From positions 64,001-128,000 of the forward strand of contig CAWBAN010000002.1 of the NCBI GenBank assembly GCA_963786935.1: DNA of 64,000 nt, written 5' to 3'. The DNA comes from an uncultured bacterium (GTDB lineage Bacteria > Krumholzibacteriota > Krumholzibacteriia > Krumholzibacteriales > Krumholzibacteriaceae). The translations under genes were made by a program, and so were the position numbers. The notes under the pieces are model-generated. The model made no database searches. It saw nothing but the letters and a program-made list of their open reading frames with translations, and was not told the origin of the DNA. Of the stretch, positions 1 through 7,690 are shown piece after piece (the stretch's first letter is position 1; every line of letters begins with the position of its first letter).

Positions 1-395
1 AACACGAGCGCCCCCGACGTGCACGTCGCCACGCAGCGCGGCTCCTTCCCCTCGGCGAGCCGGTCGGCGCAGAGATCGCACTTGGGGGACGTGTGCCACG
101 TCGAATAGGGGAGCATGACGCCGAACGGGCACGACATGATGCACGACTTGCATCCGATGCAGAGGTTCCGCATGCGGATGATCGTGCCGTTCTCGTCCTT
201 CTTGATCGCCTCCTGCGGGCAGACGTTGAGACAGAGGGGCTCGTCGCAGTGCCGGCAGTGGAGCGGCACGGTCGCCTTTTCCTGCACGCTCCCGTGCTTG
301 AGATGCCCCTGCCCCTGATGCCCCGCGGCGCACGCCGCCGCGCAGGAGCGGCACGAGGTGCAGAGGTTCATATTGATATAGACGCGCTTTTCCAT
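1..395 (-). CDS. 4Fe-4S dicluster ferredoxin-like electron transfer subunit (DmsB/HycB/CooF-like), 3' end runs off the window
   Basis: Not in the ORF track. Manual translation from ATG 395 gives MEKRVYINMNLCTSCRSCAAAC...HCRHCDEPLCLNVCP...CIGCKSCIMSCP...KCDLC...PRCVATC, i.e. four Cys clusters; it starts 4 nt after the upstream stop. Confidence 0.85.
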   Translation of the reverse strand, partial: MEKRVYINMNLCTSCRSCAAACAAGHQGQGHLKHGSVQEKATVPLHCRHCDEPLCLNVCPQEAIKKDENGTIIRMRNLCIGCKSCIMSCPFGVMLPYSTWHTSPKCDLCADRLAEGKEPRCVATCTSGALV

Positions 396-399
396 GATC

Positions 400-2184
400 T
401 CACTTCTCGCTTTGCCGGCTCAGTTTCACCGGAACCGGGCCCAGAACGATCTCGCCGTCGCGGTCGAGCTTCCACGGGAACAGCTTGCGCACCGCGGGGA
501 AATGGATCGTCGCGCCGACCGCGCCGGCCGGCAGCTTTTTCGTGATCTCGACCGGGAGCACGATCTCGGCGCCCGCGGTCGCGACCTCGACGTGGTCGCC
601 CCGCTTGACCTTGAGCTTCGCGGCGAGCTCCTCCGGAACGAAGAGCGTCGCGACGGGGCACGTGATCTGGGACCAGTAGAAATTCCTGCTGAGACTGCCG
701 TCCCCCGCGTGAACCGATTCGCTCCAGGGGATGAGCACCGTGCCCGCGGCGTCGAGCTCCTTCTGGGCGGCGGCGTATGCGGTCCACTCCGCGGCCATGC
801 CGTCGGCGCCGGCGGTCCGGTTCGTGCGGCGGGCCGGCTTCGCGGGCGCTCCGAGCTCCGCACCCATCTCCTTCGCGAGCATCGCGAGGAAGCTCCCCGC
901 GGTCACCGCGCCGGCGATCGGGGGCATGAACTCCTCGCGGACGAGCTCCTCGCCGAAGGCGGGCGCCACGGTGCCCCGCTTCTCCATGAGGCTCGCCGCC
1001 GGGATGACGACGTTCGCGCGATCGGCCGTCTGGTTCCAGAAGAACTGCGTCGTGGCGGTGAAGCGCTTCTCGCGCATCGCCTTCTCGATCGGCGCGGCCG
1101 GGAACACGGAGAACAGATCGAGCCCGAGCGCGATGATCGCCCGGAGCTCCGTGCTCGCGAGCTTCTTGAGGCAATCGCTCGAGCCCGCCGCGGCGAGCAC
1201 CGAGTAGATGCCCCACGTATTCTGCTGGACGAACTGCGGCACGAACTTCCGCTCCCCGGGGCACAGGTTCACGAGGGCCTCGGCGAACGAGAAGGCGAGG
1301 GCCGGAGCGCCGATTCGCCCGAATATATTCGAGAGGTATACGGTCACCTTCGCCGCGCCGAGCATCGAGGCGGCCGCGGCGGCCAGCGCGTCCTTCGAGA
1401 CGCCGCCGGCGCGCTCGATCTCGGCCCAGCCGAGACCGTCGACGAGCTTTTTGAGATCGGGGACGAGCGCCGAACCGGTTTTCTCGGCGGCGGCCTTGAG
1501 GAGCCCCGCCGCGACGGCCGATTCCCCGCCCGGCGTGCACCGGAGATGCCGGTTGGCGAACCACGCGGTGCGGCTCGTCTCGGGGCTCACGACGATGACC
1601 TCGCTCCCGCGCGTGCCGTATTTGCCGGGCAGCACGTCCTTCGCCGTGCACGGATGCTCGGAGAACGAATCGCCGATGAGGAGGCTCACGACGCGGTCGC
1701 CGGACGGCTTCGCGCCGGCGGGCTTCACGCCCGAGAGGTCGCGGCCCAGGTGCGCCCGGAAGAGCGGGGCGTCGTCGGGGGCGAAGAGCGCGATGTTGCC
1801 CGTCCCGAGCACGTCGCGCGCGAACGCGACCGCCATGCCCGCCTCCTCGATCGTGAGGTTCTCGCCGAGGAGAACGCCGATCGAGTCGTTGCCGAACTCC
1901 TTCTTCACGTCGGAGAGGCTCTTCGCCGTCTCGCGCACCGCCGCGGCGATCGTCGAGCGCTCGCCGAGGATGAACGGATAGTTGACGCGCCGCGGATGCG
2001 TGAGATATTCGGCGACCGCGTTGCCGCGCGCGCAGACGCTCCCGCCGAACTTCGAGCCCGCGCTCTTGTCCCAGTCGACGGAGAGGAGCGACTCGCCCGT
2101 GAAAATCGGGCGGCGCTCCCCGCCGCGCAGAACGAGCGGGCACGCGAGCGAGCATAACGAGCAATTCGCCTTGAGTTCCTTCAT
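400..2184 (-). CDS. Molybdopterin-oxidoreductase-fold (FdhA/NuoG-like) subunit with N-terminal 4Fe-4S motif, apparently lacking the Mo/W ligand
   Basis: N-terminal CSLCSLAC...CARG, 'TADRANVVIPAASLMEKRGT' motif, C-terminal molydop-binding-like 'KVKRGDHVEV' segment. Confidence 0.75.
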   Translation of the reverse strand: MKELKANCSLCSLACPLVLRGGERRPIFTGESLLSVDWDKSAGSKFGGSVCARGNAVAEYLTHPRRVNYPFILGERSTIAAAVRETAKSLSDVKKEFGNDSIGVLLGENLTIEEAGMAVAFARDVLGTGNIALFAPDDAPLFRAHLGRDLSGVKPAGAKPSGDRVVSLLIGDSFSEHPCTAKDVLPGKYGTRGSEVIVVSPETSRTAWFANRHLRCTPGGESAVAAGLLKAAAEKTGSALVPDLKKLVDGLGWAEIERAGGVSKDALAAAAASMLGAAKVTVYLSNIFGRIGAPALAFSFAEALVNLCPGERKFVPQFVQQNTWGIYSVLAAAGSSDCLKKLASTELRAIIALGLDLFSVFPAAPIEKAMREKRFTATTQFFWNQTADRANVVIPAASLMEKRGTVAPAFGEELVREEFMPPIAGAVTAGSFLAMLAKEMGAELGAPAKPARRTNRTAGADGMAAEWTAYAAAQKELDAAGTVLIPWSESVHAGDGSLSRNFYWSQITCPVATLFVPEELAAKLKVKRGDHVEVATAGAEIVLPVEITKKLPAGAVGATIHFPAVRKLFPWKLDRDGEIVLGPVPVKLSRQSEK

Positions 2185-2221
2185 GGCTCCACGTTCGCGG
2201 GGCGCGCGCCCCGCCGGGTTA

Positions 2222-3040
2222 TCATCCGAACACGTTCGGGACGTGCTTGATCTTGTCGTAACACATGTCGGGGCCGTCGACGCAGAGGTAGTAGTGCCCC
2301 ACGTTGCACCTGCCGCACTTCCCCATGCCGCACGACATCTTCCGGTTCATGGAGAGGTATATCTGCAGCGGCGTATAGCCGACTTCGAGCAGCTTCAGCG
2401 TGACGAACTTGAGCATGATCTCGGGGCCGCACGAAACGGCGATCGAATTCTCGATATTGATGTCGAGGCCGTCGAGGAGCGTCGTCACGAGCCCCACGTG
2501 CCCCGCCCAGTTGGGGGCCGGCACGTCGATCGTCGTCGAGAAGTCGACGTTCGGCGCCGCCTTCGACCAGGCATCGTGCTGGCGCTTGAAGCAGAGCTCC
2601 TCGGGCTGCCGCGCGCCGAGCTTGATCGATATGCGCTTGTACTTCTTCGGATTCGCCAGGAGGGCGTAGATGAGCGAGCGGAGCGGGGCGAGCCCGACGC
2701 CGCCGCCCACGACGAGGACCTCTTTGCCCTCCATCTTCTCCATCGGATAGCCCTTGCCGAAAGGCCCGCGCAGGCCCACCTCGGCGCCCGGCTTGAGCGC
2801 GTGGAGGGCGTCGGTGACCTTGCCGGTGCGCAGGATCGAGATCTCCATCTTCTCGGTGATCGCCGGATCGGAGCTCGGCGTGAACGGCGCCTCGCCGCAG
2901 CCGGGCACCGTGAGCTGCATGAACTGGCCCGCCTTGAACTTGATCGGGCGCGAGGGCGCGAGGACGAAGGTCTTGATCGTCGGCGTTTCGACGATCACGT
3001 CCTCGACGAGCGTTTCGATCGGATAATACGGATTCTTCAT
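2222..3040 (-). CDS. FAD/NAD(P)-binding oxidoreductase, AsrB / sulfhydrogenase gamma-like, with C-terminal 2Fe-2S
   Basis: GPFGKGY, GGGVGLAP, SCGPEIM, MSCGMGKCGRC...C motifs. Confidence 0.85.
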   Translation of the reverse strand: MKNPYYPIETLVEDVIVETPTIKTFVLAPSRPIKFKAGQFMQLTVPGCGEAPFTPSSDPAITEKMEISILRTGKVTDALHALKPGAEVGLRGPFGKGYPMEKMEGKEVLVVGGGVGLAPLRSLIYALLANPKKYKRISIKLGARQPEELCFKRQHDAWSKAAPNVDFSTTIDVPAPNWAGHVGLVTTLLDGLDINIENSIAVSCGPEIMLKFVTLKLLEVGYTPLQIYLSMNRKMSCGMGKCGRCNVGHYYLCVDGPDMCYDKIKHVPNVFG

Positions 3041-3046
3041 TCCGCC

Positions 3047-4114
3047 CTACGCTTTCTTCGCGCTCCCGGCCTTTTCCTTGATCCGCTTGAGCGATTCGCG
3101 CATGTCGATGCTCGCCGAGCAGGTATCGACGCAGCGTCCGCATCCCGTGCAGTAGATCGCCCCGTGGCTCAGCGGGAGATAATCGTATTTATGATAGAGC
3201 CGGTGCTTGACGCGGTCCGCGAGGCGCGGCCGCGGATTGAGCATGCCCGCCATGCGCGCGTAGCCGGTGACCTGGCACGAATCCCACGCGAACACGCGCT
3301 GGAAGTGCGAGCCGTCCGCCTTCTGATCGTACAGGAGGAAGCAGTAGCAGGTCGGGCAAATATTGGTGCAGGCGCCGCACTCGACGCAGCGGGCCGCGAT
3401 ATCCTCCCAGATCTCGTCGCTCAGCGTCGCGCGCATCGCCGCGCTGAGGTCCTCGGACGCCTTCGGATACTGCTTGTTCTTGCTCTCGAGATCCTTCACG
3501 ACCTTGGCGCGGGTCTCGTCGCGCATCTTGATCTGCGCGTCGCGCGCCTCGCCGAAGAGCTCCTTGTTCTCGCGGACGAACTTCTCGCCGCGCTCGCCGA
3601 GCGCCTCGACGAGATAGCCCCCCTGGATCTTCGACACGGCGAGGTCGCAGCCCTTCTCCGGCCACGGCTTCGCGCCGAGGAGATTGCAGAAGCAGCTCTC
3701 GCCGCATTCGCCGCAGTCCGCGCCGACGACGATCATTTTGTCGCGCCTGATCTTGTAGAACGGGTCGGTGAACTCCCCTTCCGTCTGCACCTTGTCGATG
3801 AGCGCGAGCGCGGCGAGATCGCAGCCTCTCGCGCCGGCGACGACGACCTGCGGGAATTCCTTCTCCTCCGCCATGTCGTCCCCCTCGGTGGAGGGATATC
3901 CGGCGACCGGGTAGCGGAGGAGCTGCGCGAGCGCCTTGAGGGGCTCCACCGTCCGGTAGCCGTCGAGACATAGATTGTCGGGGAGCGGGAAGAGCTCGAT
4001 CCGCTCGAGGTGCAGCTTGCCCGTTTCCGCCTCGCGGACGGGCACGAACAGCTCCCCACCGGAGGAGAGCTTTTTCAGGAGCCGCTCGAAGTTCGTAGAG
4101 TCTATAAAGTGCAT
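3047..4114 (-). CDS. 4Fe-4S dicluster protein, AsrA / sulfhydrogenase beta-like
   Basis: GARGCD, CFC, CVECGACTNICPTCYCF, WDSC, CTGCGRCVDTC; start taken at ATG 4114 (MHFIDS). Confidence 0.85.
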   Translation of the reverse strand: MHFIDSTNFERLLKKLSSGGELFVPVREAETGKLHLERIELFPLPDNLCLDGYRTVEPLKALAQLLRYPVAGYPSTEGDDMAEEKEFPQVVVAGARGCDLAALALIDKVQTEGEFTDPFYKIRRDKMIVVGADCGECGESCFCNLLGAKPWPEKGCDLAVSKIQGGYLVEALGERGEKFVRENKELFGEARDAQIKMRDETRAKVVKDLESKNKQYPKASEDLSAAMRATLSDEIWEDIAARCVECGACTNICPTCYCFLLYDQKADGSHFQRVFAWDSCQVTGYARMAGMLNPRPRLADRVKHRLYHKYDYLPLSHGAIYCTGCGRCVDTCSASIDMRESLKRIKEKAGSAKKA

Positions 4115-4216
4115 ATTTCCGCGCTGATGATAAAAGCGACCACTGAAGCGGCCGACCGCGGGGCCATCGTCGTTCTCGCCTTCAGTGGCCAAGGCACCGA
4201 ACTTAAACAAGGTGTA

Positions 4217-4244
4217 ATTATCAACGAACGGGCGAAAGTGTCAA
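4217..4244 (-). promoter_or_regulatory. Putative sigma70 promoter of the Fe-S oxidoreductase operon
   Basis: TTGACA-16 nt-GATAAT on the minus strand in an AT-rich patch. Confidence 0.5.
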
Positions 4245-4318
4245 GTCCATTTTGCGATTTAGTCCGAAAAGGGGCGCCGCCGCCGCATGCGAAGGCGCCG
4301 GGGCGCGCGAATCGGCCC

Positions 4319-5254
4319 CTACTCGTCGAGCAGGCTCAGCACCGCTTCCCGGAGCTTCTCTCCGCGCACGTTCTTGTACCGGATGACGCCCTTCTTGTCG
4401 ATGAGGAAGGTCGCGGGTATCGAGTTCACCGCGTAGACCTGGGCGTACTCGCTCATCCAGTATTTCCCGTCGAAGAGCTGCGGCCATTCCATTTTGTTTT
4501 CCCGCAAGTAGTTCTGGAATTTCTCGCGCTCGTTGTCGAGCGAGATCCCGATGATCTCGAAGCCCTTCTTGTGCAGCTCGTCGTACGTCTTGATGACGTT
4601 GGGCATCTCCATGCGGCAGGGATTGCACCACGCGGCCCAGAAATCGAGGAGAACGACCTTGCCCTTGTAATCCTTCGGAAACTGTATCTTGCGCCCCTGA
4701 TACGAGGTCGCCTCGAGGGGAACCGCCGGCGAACCGATCTTGAGCTTCCGCAGCGCCCCGATTCTCGCGATCTCCGCCGCCGCGCCCTCGGCGGCGCGCG
4801 AGCCGGCCGCCCCGTCGACGCCCTGCGCCAGCTTGAAGCTGCGTTCGGCCTCGTCGTACCGCTCGAGCGCCATGTAGCAGGTGCCCATGACGTACCGCAC
4901 CTGCGCGATCACCTCGGGCCCCCCCTTGTCGCCGGGCATCGTGATGAAGTCGCCGAAGTAGCGCAGCGCCTTCTCGTACTGGCCGATCGACGAGTAGAGC
5001 CGCCCGAGCCCGTAGTTGGCCTGCGCGGCCTCGGCGGACTTGGGGTATTTCTTGAGAAAATCGAGCATCGTCTTCTCGGCGTAGTCGACGTACTCGTAGG
5101 GGCTCATCGTCTGCGACTTGGCCTTGAGATCCGCGTTGATCTTCTTGAGGGCCGTCGCCGCGTCGGTCTGCGCGAATGCGGAGCCCCCCGCGAGAACGAC
5201 GAGCGCCGCGACGGCCGCGACGGTGAATGCGATTCGGGTCCGGCGGAAGGTCAT
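4319..5254 (-). CDS. Exported TPR + TlpA/ResA-family thiol-disulfide oxidoreductase
   Basis: Signal peptide (SAFA-Q), TPR-like helices, 'KVVLLDFWAAWCNPC', 'SIPATFLID'. Confidence 0.9.
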   Translation of the reverse strand: MTFRRTRIAFTVAAVAALVVLAGGSAFAQTDAATALKKINADLKAKSQTMSPYEYVDYAEKTMLDFLKKYPKSAEAAQANYGLGRLYSSIGQYEKALRYFGDFITMPGDKGGPEVIAQVRYVMGTCYMALERYDEAERSFKLAQGVDGAAGSRAAEGAAAEIARIGALRKLKIGSPAVPLEATSYQGRKIQFPKDYKGKVVLLDFWAAWCNPCRMEMPNVIKTYDELHKKGFEIIGISLDNEREKFQNYLRENKMEWPQLFDGKYWMSEYAQVYAVNSIPATFLIDKKGVIRYKNVRGEKLREAVLSLLDE

Positions 5255-5325
5255 GTCTCCCCCTGCAAACGCGAAGGTGCGTCCCGCTTCCGGGGCGCAC
5301 CTTCATGCGCGATTCGATCGATCGA

Positions 5326-6408
5326 TTATTTCTTGCTCGTCGGAACCCCTGCGGCGGGCTCGCCGACGCGGATGCTGCCCACGATGTCGAGAACGATCTC
5401 CGGAAACCTCGGATTGTTGGTGCGGATCTTGACGGAGCCGGCGTACTGCCCGAGCCTGCTCGAGGGCCGGATCCACACGGTGCCGCGGAACGATTTCCCC
5501 GGCTGCAGCTCCTGGATCTTCACCGTCATGTCGTCGCGGTTCGGCACCGCGCCGAGGATCTTGAGCGAATCGCCGCGCGCGGCGACGATGTTGAAGGTCC
5601 GGTCGAACGCCTTCGTCGCGCCGGCCGGGATGACCATCTCTCCGAAGTAGAGCCGGTCGGGATAGACCTCCACGTCCTTCTGGACGATGATCGACATCGG
5701 CATGCTCTTTTCCTTGATCTTCGGATAGTCGGTCGTCAGGATGACGTTCGCCACGACGTTCTCGGGCGCGAGCGCTTTCTTCTGCCACATCTTGATGCGG
5801 AACTTCTTCCCCTTCTCGATCGTCTCCACCTTGAGCCCGATCTTGTCGACGAGCCCCTTCGCCGCCGTTTCGTCCGACCAGCGGACGGCGGTGATGTTGA
5901 CCGGCTTGTCGAGCAGGCTCGTCACGACGGTCTCGAACGAGAACTTGTCGTCCACGAAGCCGCTCCACCGCATCTCGCGCGAGAATTCGAACGCGCGCTT
6001 CACGGTTCCCGTCGCCGCGAGGACGAACTGCGAGTTGCTCGGTTCGTTCGTCCGCACGGTGAAATTCTTCTCGAACAGTCCGGGGAAGAGCTTCTTCCCG
6101 TCGATCTTGATATTGACCTTGCCCTCCTGCCCGGGAGGGATGACCTTATCGTAGTCGGCCACCGAGCATCCTCAACCAGGCCTCACACTGAGGATCTGGG
6201 CTTCGACGTCGCCGATGTTCTTGATCGTGAACGTGTACTCGATGTCCTGCCCCTCGAGCACCTCTCCCATCTGGGCGGTTTTGGTCGCGATCAGGAGCTT
6301 CGGCGCCTTACCCGTCGGTTTGGCCTTTTGCGCGACCGCGACGCCGAAGAGTCCGGCGACGAAAAGCAGGACGAGCGCCGCTGCAACCAGTCTCCGATGG
6401 TTCCTCAT
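5326..6408 (-). CDS. Exported DUF1573/Ig-like protein, predicted selenoprotein (U79, motif SVRPG-U-GC), 360 aa
   Basis: ATG 6408 with GGAGG RBS and signal peptide. The in-frame TGA at 6172-6174 continues in frame as GCSVADYD into ORF 5326..6162 and aligns with Cys of the paralog (SVKPS-C-GCSVADFD). A hairpin follows immediately. Confidence 0.8.
6135..6174 (-). promoter_or_regulatory. Candidate bacterial SECIS element
   Basis: UGA GGAUGCUC GGUGGCC [GACUACGAUAA] GGUCAUC CCUC: 7-bp upper stem, loop beginning with G, GAGG/CCUC basal pairing. Confidence 0.6.
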
Positions 6409-6470
6409 GCACTGACCTCCTACGCCTTTCACGGGCGAAATCATTTCTCGCTCCGGGACGCGTCCCCGGA

Positions 6471-7520
6471 TCACTTCCCGACACGCACGCTGCCGACGAC
6501 GTCGAGGACGACTTCCCGGTACTTCGGATAATTCGTATAGATCTTGACCGACCCGCTGAACGCGTCGATCTTGCTCGTCGGCCGGACCATCACGGTCCCC
6601 CGGTACGATTTGCCCGGCATGAGCTCCGTGATCTTGACCGTCATGTCTTCCCTGCTCGAGACCGCCTTGAGCACCTTGAGCGAATCGCCCCGCGCAGCGA
6701 TGATGTTGAAGCTCCGCTCGAACCCCTTCGTCGCGCCGGGCGGTATGACCATCTCGCCGTAATAGAGCCGCTGCGGATGGAGCTCGACGTCGTTCATGAT
6801 CGTGAGCGCAACGGAAACGATCCGTTCCTTGAGCTTCGGATTGTCGGTGGTGAGCACGATGTTCGACACGACGCTCTCGGGGGCGAGCTCGGACTTTTTC
6901 CACACGGAGAGCTTGTATTTCTTGCCCCGCGTGACCGTCTCCAGCTTGACGCCGATCCGCTCGTCGAGGCCTTTCGCCTTGCCGTCGGCGTCCCACGCGG
7001 CGCCGGTGATGTTCGTCGGCGAGGTGAGCAGCACCGTGATGAAGCTCTCGATCTTCAGCGGCTCGTCCGCGAAGCCCGCCCAGCGGATCTCGCGCGAGAA
7101 CTCGAGCGCCTTCGTGACGCTTCCGACGACGTTGAGGAGGAACTCCGCGTTCTCGGGATCGCTCGTCTTGACAAAGAAGCTCTTGTCGAACGGGCCGGCG
7201 CCGATCTTCTTCCCGTCGATCGTGATGTGTATCTTGCCTTCCTTGCCGGGGAGGATGGTTTTGTCGAAATCGGCCACGGAGCATCCGCAGCTCGGCTTGA
7301 CGGAGACGATCTGAAGCTCGGCGTTCCCGATGTTCTTGATGACGTAGGTGTGCTCGACGTTCTGCTGCTCGAGAATCTCGCCGACCTGGATCGTCTTCTG
7401 GTCGACGACGAGCTTGGGGGATTTTCCGGCGGGCTTGCCCTGCGCCGACGCGCCGGCGTACAGGCCAGCCGCGAGCGCGGAAACGAGCACGACCGCCGCA
7501 ATGACGTTCCGAATTTTCAT
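6471..7520 (-). CDS. Exported DUF1573/Ig-like protein, Cys paralog (CGC motif), 349 aa
   Basis: ATG 7520, signal peptide (ASA-Q), 'IKNIGNAELQIVSVKPSCGCSVADFDKTILPGKEGKI'; colinear with the downstream paralog. Confidence 0.85.
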   Translation of the reverse strand: MKIRNVIAAVVLVSALAAGLYAGASAQGKPAGKSPKLVVDQKTIQVGEILEQQNVEHTYVIKNIGNAELQIVSVKPSCGCSVADFDKTILPGKEGKIHITIDGKKIGAGPFDKSFFVKTSDPENAEFLLNVVGSVTKALEFSREIRWAGFADEPLKIESFITVLLTSPTNITGAAWDADGKAKGLDERIGVKLETVTRGKKYKLSVWKKSELAPESVVSNIVLTTDNPKLKERIVSVALTIMNDVELHPQRLYYGEMVIPPGATKGFERSFNIIAARGDSLKVLKAVSSREDMTVKITELMPGKSYRGTVMVRPTSKIDAFSGSVKIYTNYPKYREVVLDVVGSVRVGK

Positions 7521-7622
7521 GCGCTGCCCTCCAGCCTCTGAGACCTTTCGAAGGGGCGACAAACAAGCATATAATTATAAACCAATAGCACCCTTTGTTC
7601 CATAATTAAAATGATTGGCGGC

Positions 7623-7650
7623 TTGCGCGCGAGAATTCTTTTAGTATAAT
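7623..7650 (+). promoter_or_regulatory. Putative sigma70 promoter for iscS-iscU-nadA, in the divergent AT-rich intergenic region
   Basis: TTGCGC-16 nt-TATAAT. Confidence 0.45.
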
Positions 7651-7690
7651 GGAGGCGGGAGGCCCCGGCCGGCCCTTCCGGGGCGTGTTT

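Noticed and set aside
400..2184. Selenocysteine formate dehydrogenase
   Set aside because: The frame is open with no TGA, and the RxC/UH motif is absent.
6172..6174. Nonsense mutation / pseudogene, or two separate genes (78 aa + 278 aa)
   Set aside because: The stop is specifically TGA at a conserved Cys, both sides are intact and colinear with the paralog, and a hairpin follows. The downstream GTG ORF has no signal peptide. Not fully excluded without seeing the sel genes.
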